Assembly (NCBI GenBank): GCA_951406725.2
Contig: OX597836.1
Span: 3,286,001-3,350,000, forward strand
Source of the DNA: Octopus vulgaris
Lineage: Eukaryota
DNA: 64,000 bases
Direction of reading: 5' to 3'
Positions 26,989-39,994 of the stretch are shown here, piece by piece (within the stretch, counting starts at the first letter, position 1; the number at the start of each line of letters is the position of its first letter). Below the pieces are notes generated by a model. That model made no database searches, was not told the origin of the DNA, and saw only the letters and a program-made list of their open reading frames with translations. The position numbers and the translations under genes were made by a program.

Positions 26989-27211
26989 CAATTGCACCGT
27001 GGAAGGTGTTTATAAGCCATTTAAAACCGTTAGGTTCACTTCAACATTTAAATTGAATTTGTGTCAAAATATTTTCGTCGCTTTGAAACGGCGACCTGTT
27101 CACTGACAAAATTTCGTGTTGCGTCACCTTATAAACACCTTCCACGCTGCAATTTCTCTTGTTTCAGTACACGATCTCAGATCAAGTCACTTGCTATGCA
27201 AGTACATCTCC

Positions 27212-27213
<2 letters not shown>
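26989..27213. mobile_element. Fold-back repeat (same family as 34762-35083) between (TA)n tracts
   Basis: aattgcaccgtggaaggtgtttataag (26990-27016) is inverted at 27128-27154; 27155-27213 is the reverse complement of 34763-34822. Confidence 0.85.
27062..27108 (-). ncRNA. Minimal type-I hammerhead-like motif with G3-C8 swapped core
   Basis: Minus strand: uguca-GUGAACA-G-gucgc(cguuucaaa)gcgac-GAAA-AUAUUU-ugaca; 5-bp stem I, 5-bp stem II, palindromic AAUAUU stem III. Confidence 0.6.
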
Positions 27214-27263
<50 letters not shown>

Positions 27264-28238
27264 TTATAGATCGATTTTGTTTATTTATCTATTTATATAT
27301 TTATTTAGATAATTACAGAGTCATTTATGTAATGGTATGAAATGGAAAGTTCACCAATTAGCAGCTGCACCCATCGCACAGAAACAATTGTAGTGACTTA
27401 TAAGCAAAGACTGTTCATTTAATCTTCGTGTTTTCTTTTTTTATATTTAGCTGTATATATTTGATTTGAGCAAATCCACTTACTTTCCTAAGAAGACCTT
27501 TTGTTTAGGCGTGCCTGTTTCATTAGGTACACCCCCACACATTCAATCTCCCACATATGTATAACTACAGTTACAAAACACAAAAGACTATATCTGTGTG
27601 TACGTGTGCGCGAGTTTGTGTGCGCGTGTGTACGCGTGTGTGTGTGTATACTCACGTTAATTTAATGTTGGTTTTTTATGTTCAGTTATAATAATGATAT
27701 AAATAAGAGATATATGTGTGTATTTGTATGTATATATGTGTGTATGTACATATGTATGTGCATAAATGTGCGTATACATGAGCGCGTATATATACATAGA
27801 CATAGACACACAATCACATACCCCACCTTGGTGGTAACTCTTAACGTTTCTATACTAATTACATCATCTCCTGATTCGTTGTCTTCGCCAGCAACGTTAT
27901 CATTGACACCATTTAAAGTAATTGGCTTTCTGCGGTGATTAGGCAGACTAACAAATTGGGGTGTAGATAGAAATTGACTATAATCGATAACTTTGACATG
28001 GACCGTATACACAGACAAATAGACAGACAGACATAATATCTCAGATATAATGTGTTTAGAACAGGATTGTGCTTTCGTGATGGCTGCTTGGTTGGTGCAA
28101 TGTGGAGCTGTTAATTTAAGATATATTTCGTTGTTTACTTGAATAACAGAAAAAATATCCGCAAATATTTAAATGGGGGCTGAACTTTTATTTTTATAGG
28201 AGACAGGAAGCCAAATTCGTGAATGTTCGAGAAAACCA

Positions 28239-28445
28239 TGACTCACACAAAGTGGTCAGTCACTAGGCCGATCACGTGAAATTGGTGTGGCTTGCTCGTG
28301 GTGTTTGAACAATTATCTATCGGTTAATGTTTCGAATCACTCCTACAGTATCATTTTGGTTAGAATACCTTCTATTATTCGACCTAGGGTTAAAACACCT
28401 TCAGCACACATTCAACAACAACAACAACAGCTGCCTTTCGTAAGC
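28239..28445 (+). promoter_or_regulatory. Possible promoter/enhancer island with downstream splice donor
   Basis: TGACTCA 28239-28245, CACGTG 28273-28278, ATTGG 28281-28285 clustered in unique sequence; GTAAGC at 28440-28445; motif-only. Confidence 0.2.
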
Positions 28446-29045
28446 TTCCGGTTTCTTGTTTTCGGCTATTGTGGATTACCATTTATATTTTTATTGGGTT
28501 TTTTTATGTTTTATTGTTGTTTTTGTTTTTCTTTGTCTTCTCGTCTTCGTTTCTTTTTGAGGAATTTGAATCTCAAAGATTTTGATTCAATATAACGTAT
28601 TAGAAACAATCGATTCCTTGGAGAATAAAAAAAAATTACTGCTTCAACGATAATGGAAGAATGCAGACGATAAGAAAGAAAACAACAAACAAGTATGGAA
28701 AGATGTAATGACTTGAATGGAAAATAACTAAATAGGACGGAAGAAAGAGAAACGGAACGAAAAAAAAATTTGAAGAATGAAGGGAATTAGAGAAGGTAAG
28801 AAATAGAAGAATTGAGAGAGATAGAGAGAGAGATCAAGGCGAAGAGAGAGGGGGGCTAATGAAAGAGGCAAAAAGAGGATGAGAAAGAGAGAATAAGAGA
28901 GTGGGAAAGGGGGATATTTAATTAAAGAGTGAGAGAGAGAGATTTAATTAAAGAGTTATGTTGGTAGTTGAGGTAGATAGGCTAAACGGATACGTGGAGA
29001 GATAGACACACAACGTATTTGTGTGTGTATATGTATTGGTGTGTG

Positions 29046-29100
<55 letters not shown>

Positions 29101-29543
29101 CAGAGAGAGAGTGAGAGAGAGGATGATAGAGATACAGACATACACATAGCCTGAACAGCAGCAAGGAGAGTGTTGGAATACGACATGGATCTTGGGCCGT
29201 TCCCGAATGTAATCAGAGAGCAAGAAAAAAAGGGTGAAGTACATACAGAGGTCGATATTGTAAAGTGGGTGAGAGAGAGAGAGAGAGAAAGTAAGGAAGA
29301 GCATAAAGCGAGCGTAAAAAAATAAATGCAGATATTTAATTAAAGAGGAGGAGGAGGAGGTGGTGGTGGTGCAGGAGGAGGAGGACGAGGTAGATTTCGA
29401 AGGAAAGAAAATGCCAGGATGATCGGTAGTTAGATGGACATATAGACTGAAAGAGAGAGAAAGAAGAGACAAACAGACAGACTGACCGACCGACAGATAG
29501 CCATTCATACAGACAGACAGGACAGACAGGCAGAGAGTCATTC

Positions 29544-29544
<1 letters not shown>

Positions 29545-29630
<86 letters not shown>

Positions 29631-29703
29631 CAGACATAGAAAGATAGATAGATAGACATAGAAAGATAGATAGATAGACAGAGATAGATAGATAGATAGA
29701 CAG

Positions 29704-29772
<69 letters not shown>
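29545..29772. repeat. (GATA)n microsatellite
   Basis: Directly visible. Confidence 0.95.
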
Positions 29773-29773
<1 letters not shown>

Positions 29774-30119
29774 ACATATATGTGATAATGATGTATATTA
29801 CACTGAATACAACATAGCTCATATTTATCGAAGTCAACCTACAGTCTCACCTTTAATTCTAGTTAATTATATATAATTCTTAATTTCGTTATTAGACTTG
29901 GTGAGAAATTAAATAGAAAGGAAATTTAGACACACCTTATCCTTAGATCCTATATCCCAGTCTAAATTCTCTTTCGTGACGCTCGTTTTTGGCCTTGAAT
30001 TGTAACTGAGGTCGAAAAATAGATTTGTTTTCGTAATTCTAATGAGGGAAATCAGTGGATCCGTCCCAACCAGGCTTCCGAGTTTGTTGTCAAACACGGA
30101 CGAATCGAACAGAGTTTCA

Positions 30120-30636
30120 TGTTTGTTTGGACGAATCTGAATTTGTCCCAGATGCTCGTGCTGGAAACGCTAACCTTTACATCTGCAGTGAGCACCTGAC
30201 GTTGTGAATGCCCGCTTACTCGACTTTGCTCAATCAAAGACACACACACCTGCAGCAGAACAAAGCTCCAGCACCCACTGCCAATGTGGCCACGCACAAA
30301 CTTGAGAAACTAGAAGGGCTTGAAGTGCTGCTTCACCCTGCCTGCACTTCAGACCTTGCTCTCTCTCCCATTACAACCTTTTCCGAGCCATGCCTCATTT
30401 CCTTTTCTGACAGAGGATCAACAATGTGGATGAGTTTGACAACGGATGTAGATATTTCTTTACCTCAAAACCAGTCAAATGTTAAATGCGCAGAATCGAG
30501 CTCATTACACAACAATGACAACTGAGAATGGAATATAATTCGATATATTTCGATGAATAAACGGGTTTGACTTGTAACTTGTTGCGCCTCTAAACTAAAG
30601 TTTGAAATACGAAAATCTTTCGACTCAGCCTGGTAT
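30120..30636 (+). mobile_element. Decayed mariner transposase 3' fragment with probable TIR
   Basis: LQQNKAPAPTANVATHKLEKLEGLEVLLHPACTSDLA/..YNLFRAMPHFL (cf. LQQDNAPAH...HPAYSPDLAPSDYHLF); ends cgaaaatctttcgactcagcctggta. Confidence 0.8.
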
Positions 30637-30899
30637 TAATCAGTTTGTAAATACAATGAGATCTTTTTCTTCTTTTACGACTCCGAATTTATTTTTGTAT
30701 ATTGGGAAAATAGATAGAGAAAGGTGAAGGAATTGTCTACAACACGGTGCGACGAATAAAAACACATGCTTAAATTGTTCAGAAACTTTTTTAACATTGT
30801 CGCCTTCGTTAATTCAAAACCGTTGGTCAGTTCAACACATGTAAACGAAATAAGCGGTTACTGTTATCACCTTATAGTAATCACGTCTATTGTTCAACA

Positions 30900-31625
30900 G
30901 TCTCTTTGCCCCTTATTCTTTCCTTCTTTTTCTCTCTCTTTCACTCATTTCTTCGTCTCTCTCTGCCTTTCTCCCTCTCCCACACTCCCTGTCTTTCTTT
31001 CTCTTCCTCCCATTTGCTCTCTCTTTGTCTGACTGTTTTTATCTCCTTCTCTCTCCCTATCTTTCTCTCTCTGTCTCATCCTCCCGCGCTCTCTCTCTCT
31101 TTAACTATCTCTTTCTGTCTCTCTCTTCCATCCTTCCCTCTTTCTATTTCGCTCTCTCTCTTTTCCTCTTCCCTCACTCTCTTCCTTCTCCTCACACACT
31201 TCATTCCTCTTTCCTCTGACAGTCTTCATTCAATATCGTTTTACCCATTTTTATTATTTTCAACCCTTTCGCAAACCTTCCATTTCCTCGCTTTCTTTGC
31301 CCTTATTTTTCGATTTCACCTCCTCTCTTTCCCTGTCTACTTTTCCGCCACCTCTCTCTCTTTCTCTCTCTCTCACTTTCTCTCACCCTTGTTCTCTCTC
31401 TCTCTCCCCTCAACACGTTGGCTCTCATGTATTTCCCTTCTCATTCTCTCATTCCAAATCCGCGCACATCCGACCCACAAACTCCTCCTTCTTTTCACTC
31501 AACACGCTGAAATCCCTTATCTACCTCCTCCTCCTGTTGCTCATCAAACACCTCCGCCAACCCCCACAAAACTCTGCTTCAATCCTGCCCCCAACCGCCC
31601 TTCCACCCCACCCCGCTCCACCTTA
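30900..31625. repeat. Pyrimidine-rich (CT) low-complexity tract
   Basis: Directly visible. Confidence 0.85.
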
Positions 31626-31784
31626 CTCATCAAGTCGTCGATTGTTTATTTCCTCATCAAACAAGATGTCGACAGTTACTTGGCCAAGTGCACTGCATCG
31701 ACATGAGGCGTGCAAGTATGTGAGGGGCAAAGATGGTGCGGAAATGGGGAGTGCGATGATAAGTTGTGAAACTGAAAGGGTCGT

Positions 31785-32245
31785 AATGGTAGTGGCGGTG
31801 GGGTGAGGTGGGGTGCTGCTGATGGTCGTGGTGGTGGTAGTAGTGGCGGTGGTGGAGATGGAGGTGGTGATAATGATGGTGATGATGATGATGGTGATTG
31901 TGGTGCTAGAGTGGTTTTGGTAATGATGGTGGTAGTGGTGGTGGCGGTGCTGAAGTGGTTATGGTGGTGTTTGTGGTGGCAGCGGTGGAGATGGAGGTGG
32001 TGGTGATGAGGATGTTGGTGCTGGAGTGGTTTTGGTGGTGGTGGTGGTGCTGAAGTGGTTGTGGTGGCGGCGGTGGAGATGGAGGTGATGATGATGGTGG
32101 TGATGATGATGGTGCTGGAGTGATTTTGGTGACGATGGTAGTGGTGGTGGCGACAGTGGTGCTAGGGTGGTGGTGGTGGTGGTGGTTGTGGTGATGATGA
32201 TGACCGTGATGATGGTGGTTGGTGCTGGAGGTTTTGGCGATGGTT
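31785..32245. repeat. (GGT/GAT)-rich tract with ~95-110-bp higher-order units
   Basis: ggtggagatggaggtg and ggtgctggagtggttttgg each recur three to four times. Confidence 0.8.
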
Positions 32246-32826
32246 GCCAGTATTCGGAGTTGAGATGATATAAGTAGAATGTGCCGAGCAAGATAATCGC
32301 GGCTTTTGTTGTAGTTGTCAATATTGTTATCGTTGCCGTTATTGTTGTTGTTGTTGTTGTTCATATTGTTGAAGTCGGTGTTGCCATTGTTGAAGCTAGT
32401 GGAGAGGACGGCCATAATGAGGACACCGACCAATATATAACATGAATATAGAAGTTGTAAATGGCGGAGATAGCGAAGCTGAAGGGAGGGCGTGGGGGGA
32501 GCGGCGGATGTGTTGAGGAGGGGCGGGCGTTTTAGTGTATGAGAGGGATAGGTAGAGGTATAGTTAGTGCAGTGGGCTGGTGGTGGTGGTGGTGCAGAAA
32601 GATGGTAGAGGGCGGGGAGTGTGGGCCGGTGTCGTTCCCTATTGAAGTCACGTCAAGTTGACAGACCAAATCGAATTAACGGCACCGACGTGCAACAGTC
32701 TCATAGACCTATGCAAGAATACGTAAATACATACATATTAACACAAACACCCCACCACACACACACACACACACATCTATATATTCACTTTCATAACCGT
32801 ATAATAAATCATCACATTTGCATATG

Positions 32827-32874
<48 letters not shown>

Positions 32875-32900
32875 TAACGTATACGCATACACACACGTGT

Positions 32901-32944
<44 letters not shown>

Positions 32945-33141
32945 ACTCACATACATTTACATAAACACACAGCTGTATAGTTTATATAGGTGTACGTGTG
33001 CGTTAATGTTATATATTATATATGAATATATAAACCATTGTATGCATAAAACAGTGCGCGCGCGCACAAACACACGCATATATATATATATATTATATTC
33101 ATGTATACGCACACACAAGCACATACATTTGTGTATGTATG

Positions 33142-33185
<44 letters not shown>

Positions 33186-33236
33186 TCATGTATACGCACA
33201 CACAAGCACATACATTTGTGTATGTATGTATGTATG

Positions 33237-33280
<44 letters not shown>

Positions 33281-33904
33281 GTTTCAATAACATAGCGTTG
33301 GCAACGTGTAGATTTAGCCCTTAGTGGTTTTAGTCAATTACGGTTCCATCTAGTTTGGTTTGGTTTGGTTTGGTTTGGTGGGTGTAGGGGTAGTGGAGGA
33401 GAAAAGCGTGTTAAAATGTGGGACACACCAAAAAAAAAAAAGATAGAATCCGGTAACTCAATGATATCATCAATATCATTTTAATAACATTGGAGAGATC
33501 GATTCTTTTGTCAGGTGGACGTGTGGATTTCCGTGCGATATCTTGTTTATATCTCACGAAGAAAATTGTCCTGCTGTGCAAGATGTCCTCGTTTTTTTTT
33601 TTTATGTTTATTTTATTTTTATTTTTTGGTTTTTGTTTTCTTTTCTTACTTTTTTCAGTCATGCGGTATACTTTTTGTCAAACGAATGGACACCAGCAAC
33701 TTATTCTATCGATGTCAATGTGTTGGTGTATTTACTGGAACGAAAATATACCAATACCGGTTGTAAAGCGATGGGGATGGACTAATACAGACGGAACGAA
33801 TCACACGGACACATCTACCTATCAATCTATTTCCATATGTGAGAGTGTGCATATGTGTGTATATATAAAATATATATATACATATACATGCACACTTACA
33901 CGCG

Positions 33905-34104
33905 CGACGGGCTTCTTTTAGTTTCTCTCTCCTAAATGCACTCACACGGATTTAGTTGGCCAAAAACTAACGTAGAGGACGTTTCCGCAAGGTGCCACGG
34001 AGTGGGACTGAACCCGGATCCATGGGGTTATGATGCACCATGCAGTTCTGAAAAGCTTGCTTCCCAACAAAGTTTTTTTTTTGCTACACAGCCACACATG
34101 CACC
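33905..34104 (-). mobile_element. SINE family B, 5' half
   Basis: Reverse complement of the head ...gggttcagtcccact...gaagcccgtcg. Confidence 0.8.
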
Positions 34105-34761
34105 TATGTATACAATATAATACATGATGTGCAAATCTCTGTGCATTTGTATGCGTTGAGTTTCTACACATGTATATATAACACAACATGGCGGTGGACT
34201 GAATTTCTCTAAAAACAAATCACACAGTATCATATTGGTCAAGTGTGTATATACATTAAGTATGGTAGACAGGTGACATTTACAGTCAAACGTTATATCA
34301 AATGCGTACAACGAGTTTATTTTTGTACGGCAAGATTAACGCAATCTCGTGGATGTATTATTCACACTTTTTCTATTTATCGGAGGTGACAGGCTACACG
34401 TCGTCAACAAGACCGAACAAGAATGAAACGCATATGCCTTTTTTGTTTATGAGTCATTGGTGAGATAATTAATAGTGAACCCGTATTCATCATGATACAC
34501 AGATAACGTTTCTCTCTATATATATGTCTCCTTTCCTTCTCTACATATATTCTTTCTCCCAACTAGCTGACTTTTACTGACAAGGCGTATTTATAGAACA
34601 AATTACGTCAGTTGGTTTGTATTTTAATATCTGCTACCCGAGGAAGATGTTGCGTAAGTGATTTTTGTTAAGTATTACGTAGGTCAGAAACGTACGTATT
34701 AAGTACTTTCAAAATGTCATTTTTTTAACTTTGACTTCATTATTAAAAACTATATATATAT

Positions 34762-35083
34762 TACGGAGATGTACTTGCATAGCAAGTGACCTGATATGAG
34801 ATCGTGTGCTTGGAACGAAAATAATTGCAGTGTGGAAGGTGTTTATAAGCCATTTAGAAACACACAAAAACTGTTAGATTCACTTCAACATCTAAATATA
34901 ATTTGCCGAAATATTTTCGTCGCTTTGAGACCGCGACTAATTCAGTGCTGCATCTCAATGATCAGGTCGTGGGCTCAAAGCGAAGAAAATATTTTGTAAA
35001 ATTAAATTTAAATGTTAAGTGAATCTAACGGATTTTGTGTGTTTTTAAATGGACTTATAAACACCTTCAACGCTGCAATTGTT
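34762..35083. mobile_element. Long fold-back element (inverted pseudo-LTR-like), ~115-bp arms
   Basis: 34823-34937 is an imperfect reverse complement of 34966-35080 with a ~28-bp spacer; flanked by (TA)n; each arm carries a decayed copy of the 27062-27108 hammerhead-like motif. Confidence 0.88.
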
Positions 35084-35133
<50 letters not shown>

Positions 35134-35927
35134 TATATATATAAATGTGAAAATATACATATATGCGTTTGTCTTTTAAATGTGATTTATTTTAAGCAGT
35201 TGTTTTCTGTACTGATTTCAAATTTTAGCACAAAGCAAGGAAGTTTGGTAGAGAAGATAGTCATATATATCGAACCCAGAATTCAACAGACCAAATTTGA
35301 ATTCAGAACGTAAAAACAGATAAAATTTCGCAAAGCATTTTCCCCAATGAGATAAGTAGTAGACTTATATATTTCAACTTATTTTTTATTCTCAAGCAAT
35401 AACAGAAGCGAGGTCTTTCTTATTTAGCGAATCCATTACTTCGTTGGTTAAAACGCCCCGCGATTGTGTTCCAGCACCGTATTCTAAGTATTACTCTATA
35501 CACGCGCACATACAGCGATATATTATATATACATACATGTATGTGTGTGCGAGTCTCTGTAGGCAGGAATTCATTTAAAGACATGTCTATACACCGACAA
35601 ACGCATAACTAGACAAAGAGACAGGCACACAACCAAACAGACAAGAAGGGACAAATGCACACAGAAGAACAGGAAAAAAAAATCCAGAAAAACAAATACA
35701 CGGGTGATGTTAAAGGTATACAGACGTGACTGAGGAGATTGTGAAAACTGCGTTTCTTAACTACATCTAAACATTAATTAAGAGAGTTCCTTTCGTTGAA
35801 TGAGGGAAGTTGTTGTGTGTAAATGTTGAACAGAGAATTAGCGTCCATTAGGCGTTGAGCTGAATCAAGCACGCTACAATTGTTTGCCTACGTTGGCACA
35901 TATTCGCAGGTTCGTTCGCTCTCTATG

Positions 35928-35976
<49 letters not shown>

Positions 35977-36078
35977 AGAGAGAGAATCATATATGTCATG
36001 AGTGTGTGTGTATATATATATATATATATAAATATATATTGAGAAAGAGAAAATCATATATGTACATGAGTGTGTGTG

Positions 36079-36120
<42 letters not shown>

Positions 36121-36389
36121 GAGAGAGTGAGAGAGAAATATATAAGTAAGTACATGAGTGTGTGTGTGAGTACACGTGTGTTTTAGTGAGTTGTATGCCG
36201 ATTACATTGAAAAACTCCACCAGAGTCGCTGTATTCGCGGCTGTTTTTGTATATATGTAGAGACACACAAAAAGACACACACACATACATACGCACTCAC
36301 ATACACGGACGCTCACACAAACACGCGTGCTTGCACACATATGTATGCGTATGGATGTAAGTATATATAATTCTGCATGGTCATATACA

Positions 36390-36446
<57 letters not shown>

Positions 36447-36646
36447 TATGTGTGTGTGTAATGAATCACTTTCAGGCAAACAGTGAATAGATGATATCAA
36501 TTTGTTTTTTTTCTTTTATGCAGTCATTTTTTGTTTTCTCTTTTTTCATCTACGTCACGTTTCCGCTTCTATCAAGGTGAATCTTCCGCATCTTTTAGTG
36601 CATTATGATGCTACAATCACTCAAGAACTTCATCAGGGCATTTATA

Positions 36647-36717
<71 letters not shown>

Positions 36718-36718
<1 letters not shown>

Positions 36719-36850
36719 CTTTTATTCTTGTACTTGTTTCACTCGTTTAGTTGCGGTCGTGCTGGAGCACAGCCTTTAGTCGAGTAAATCGATTCGAGGA
36801 CTTATTCTGTATAGGCCTTGTAATTTTTCTACCGGTTTCTTTTGCCGATG
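36718..36850 (-). mobile_element. SINE family B, 3' part
   Basis: Reverse complement of cggcaaaagaaaccg...tgctccagcacgaccgcaac. Confidence 0.75.
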
Positions 36851-36987
36851 GTGGGCGGACACACACACAGATACACAAATACATAGTTGGAATTTACAAA
36901 AAAAAAAGACAAATAAAAACAAAAGTCGACGACAGGAGTATAAGCAACGAACATGTGTATTAGATGAATGCTCGGAAAGGTGAGAAA

Positions 36988-37024
36988 CTCTTACATTTCG
37001 AGCCTACGCTCTTCAACAGAAACG
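36988..37024 (-). ncRNA. Second copy of the U6-core hammerhead-like motif (more decayed)
   Basis: Minus strand: guuu-CUGUUGA-A-gagc(guag)gcuc-GAAAU-GUA-agag, inside repeat 36885-37058. Confidence 0.5.
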
Positions 37025-37099
37025 AATACAAGAAAATAAACAGAGAGAGAATAAAAAATTCCTTCTCCTAAATTTGAGGCTATGTGCCTACAGTAGAAA

Positions 37100-37442
37100 G
37101 GGTTATTTGTATGTGGTGTGAAACGTGTGGCTTAGAGTTTAGGGTTTTCGGCTAACGATCGTAAGGTCATGAGTTCGATTCCTGGCGAGGCCTGCTGTAC
37201 CCTTGTGCAAGACAATTTATTCTACCTTGCTTTAATCTCCTCGCTTGGCAAAAAGGAATTATATTTGTACTTCAAATTGTCAGTCTTGTCACATTCTGTA
37301 TGGTATTGAATCTCCCTGGTAACTACGTTAAGGATACGCGTGTCTGTGGAGTACTCAGCCACTTGCAAGTTAACTTCACATGCAGGTTGTTCCATTGATC
37401 ATATCCACTGGAACGCTTAGTGTCGTAACTGATGGAGTTCCT
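37100..37442 (+). mobile_element. tRNA-derived SINE, group C (tail variant 3)
   Basis: gtggcttagagtttaggg...gagttcgattcct (A/B-box-like), core cccttgtgcaagacaatttattc, tail shared with 19768-19848. Confidence 0.75.
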
Positions 37443-37525
37443 GCATTCCAGTGACCCATTCTTATTACATTCTCTGCGAGAACTACGTGAACAGTACACG
37501 TGTCTCTATATTGTTTAGCCTCTTG

Positions 37526-37574
<49 letters not shown>

Positions 37575-37973
37575 TCCTAACTTGGAGGTTCGGCATACGA
37601 GATCGATAAAAAAATGGACCAGGCTTAGAAATGATAAGTAGTGATGTCAATTCGTCTGACAGAAATTCCTCAACGTATTGCCCCAGCATGGCCGTAGTCT
37701 TATAACTAAAACAAATAAAAGGTAAAAGATTTGAGGTTGAATGATTAGTTAAGGAGTTGCGGATGTGTCAGGTTGTTAATGCCTGACGAAAAGATTGAGT
37801 CTCTTTAAGTCCGGGTTATCAGCACTTCGAACAGAAAGTATTGTCCAGGTTATATTTAGTATCGAGGAAAACCAAGAGAGAAAAATGCATTTAGTGTTGT
37901 TAAAGTGGCTAAACGAAGTAAAAGAGATTATTTGAGTCTATCCATAATTTTGCTAGGATAAGCTTTATCACTC

Positions 37974-38035
<62 letters not shown>

Positions 38036-38322
38036 AACACGAAGTCACATATATTGCGTGCGCGTGTGTGTGTATATATATATATATATACATAAATACA
38101 TACAGAGAGAGACAGAGAGTGAGAGAGAGGCAGACAGACAGAGAGATAGTCAGATAGATAGACTCACAGACAGATAGATAAACAGAGAGAGAGGTGAGAG
38201 AGATAGATACATACATTCCTACATACTTAAATCTGATCGAATCTGTCTATATGGTTATATGTATAAATAGTTCATTACATACATGCATACACCTCGTGTA
38301 GCTATATATGCATACACACATG

Positions 38323-38359
<37 letters not shown>

Positions 38360-38476
38360 GTGTGTGTGTGTGTGTGTGTGTGTGCGTGCGTGTGTATATG
38401 TATATATGCATATATATATATGTGTGTGTATATATGTATATATATATATGCATGTGTATGATGTGTGTGTGTGTGA

Positions 38477-38509
<33 letters not shown>

Positions 38510-38802
38510 GCATTAAAGAGACAATTTCATTTCAATATACACAATATATATATTCATATAACCCCCATTAATTTCTCAATACACACACACATAGCCACTT
38601 ACACTCATACGCACACACACACACACACACACACACACTACAGTCTGTATTGATATAATGGTTACTTCCGCCGCTATAGATGCGCTCCTAATGCTTTGAC
38701 TAATTGTTACAGAATTTTATGGCCGCCATTATCGCAGAAACATTTGTTATGGCTCATTGGATAACTACTCCACACATTGCAGCTACGCATACTTATACAT
38801 AT

Positions 38803-38942
38803 ATGCATACATGTATACATACATGTATACATACATGTATACATACATGTATACATACATGTATACATACATGTATACATACATGTATACATACATGTAT
38901 ACATACATGTATAAATACATGTATGCATACATGTATACATAC
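38803..38942. repeat. 12-bp minisatellite (ACATGTATACAT)n, about 11 copies
   Basis: Directly visible. Confidence 0.92.
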
Positions 38943-39047
38943 GTGTGTGTGTAATATTCTTGATTACACGGCCATTATAATTACATTTTAATGTAGGACG
39001 GAACATTTCTTACACAGAGGATATATTCATTTATTCCTGTTTTTATA

Positions 39048-39096
39048 CTTACAGTTCGCACACTATTTCTCTGTTTTAACACAGAATCTTCAGAGG
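39048..39096 (-). ncRNA. Hammerhead-like motif (solitary, weak stem I)
   Basis: Minus strand: ccu-CUGAAGA-U-ucugu(guuaaa)acaga-GAAA-uagu(gugcga)acuG-UA-ag. Confidence 0.4.
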
Positions 39097-39477
39097 TCAT
39101 CTTTTCTCGTATCAACAATGTTCATCAGTAATCGATGAGTCTACTTTTATTTCGAAAGTTACGCTGTTTTATACGAGGATATTACTGTAAACATTTCAAG
39201 TGCAATTCTTACAACCATTTATGGAAACCTACTGATGGTTTAAACGGTTTTTTATTCTTTTTTATCATACTCGTGTATTGCTCGCTAAATAATTGCGGAT
39301 ACACACCTACTTTTAAAGATATATCGAGTAAATATTTTTCAAAAAAATGTCTAATGAACTTTAATTAATTAATGAAATTTTATTAAAGATATAACTGTGA
39401 GATATTCCCTCCTTACGTTCTAATTAACACCTTAACAAACCTAGATGCTATATTGATTCTAAATATGTAAGGACCGA

Positions 39478-39745
39478 TATGCTTAGCGGTATTTCGTCTG
39501 CCGCCACGTTCTGAGTTCAAATTCCGCCGAGGTCGACTTTGACTTTCATCCTTCCGGGGTCGATTAAATAAGTACCAGTTACGCACTGGGGTCAATATAA
39601 TCGATTTAATCCGTTTGTCTGTCCTTGTTTGTCTTCTATGTGTTTAGACCCTTGTGGGTAGTAAAGAAATAGGTAATTCGTCTGCCGCCATGTTCTCCGC
39701 CGAGGTCGTCTTTGCCCTTCATCCTTTCGGGGTCGATAAATTAAC
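39478..39745 (+). mobile_element. SINE family A dimeric subfamily (body-linker-partial body)
   Basis: Core, then linker ...cccttgtgggtagtaaagaaataggtaattcgtctgcc, then a second core. Confidence 0.88.
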
Positions 39746-39994
39746 CCATTAAGTCCCGGATGACTTACATTTTTGAATATTACTTTTAATTTTTTACAGA
39801 TGATTGAAAATAGGTTAAAATGACAAAAAAAATTATTATTAAAACTCCTTTATTTCAAGTAGAAATGGAAATACTCGGTGACCTATTAATAGGACACTGA
39901 GACAATGTGATTTAGCTTATTTAATGTTCTCATTTAGGGTCCTATCTATGGTGCAAGTTGTTCGCATACACATTCATAGATACGTGTGCGACAT

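Noticed and set aside
31630-31710. Possible pre-miRNA hairpin
   Set aside because: Pairing is short and interrupted; no ~22-bp duplex and no known mature miRNA recognised
30906-31806. 266-aa and 169-aa Leu/Ser/Phe-rich ORFs
   Set aside because: Products of the CT-rich low-complexity tract
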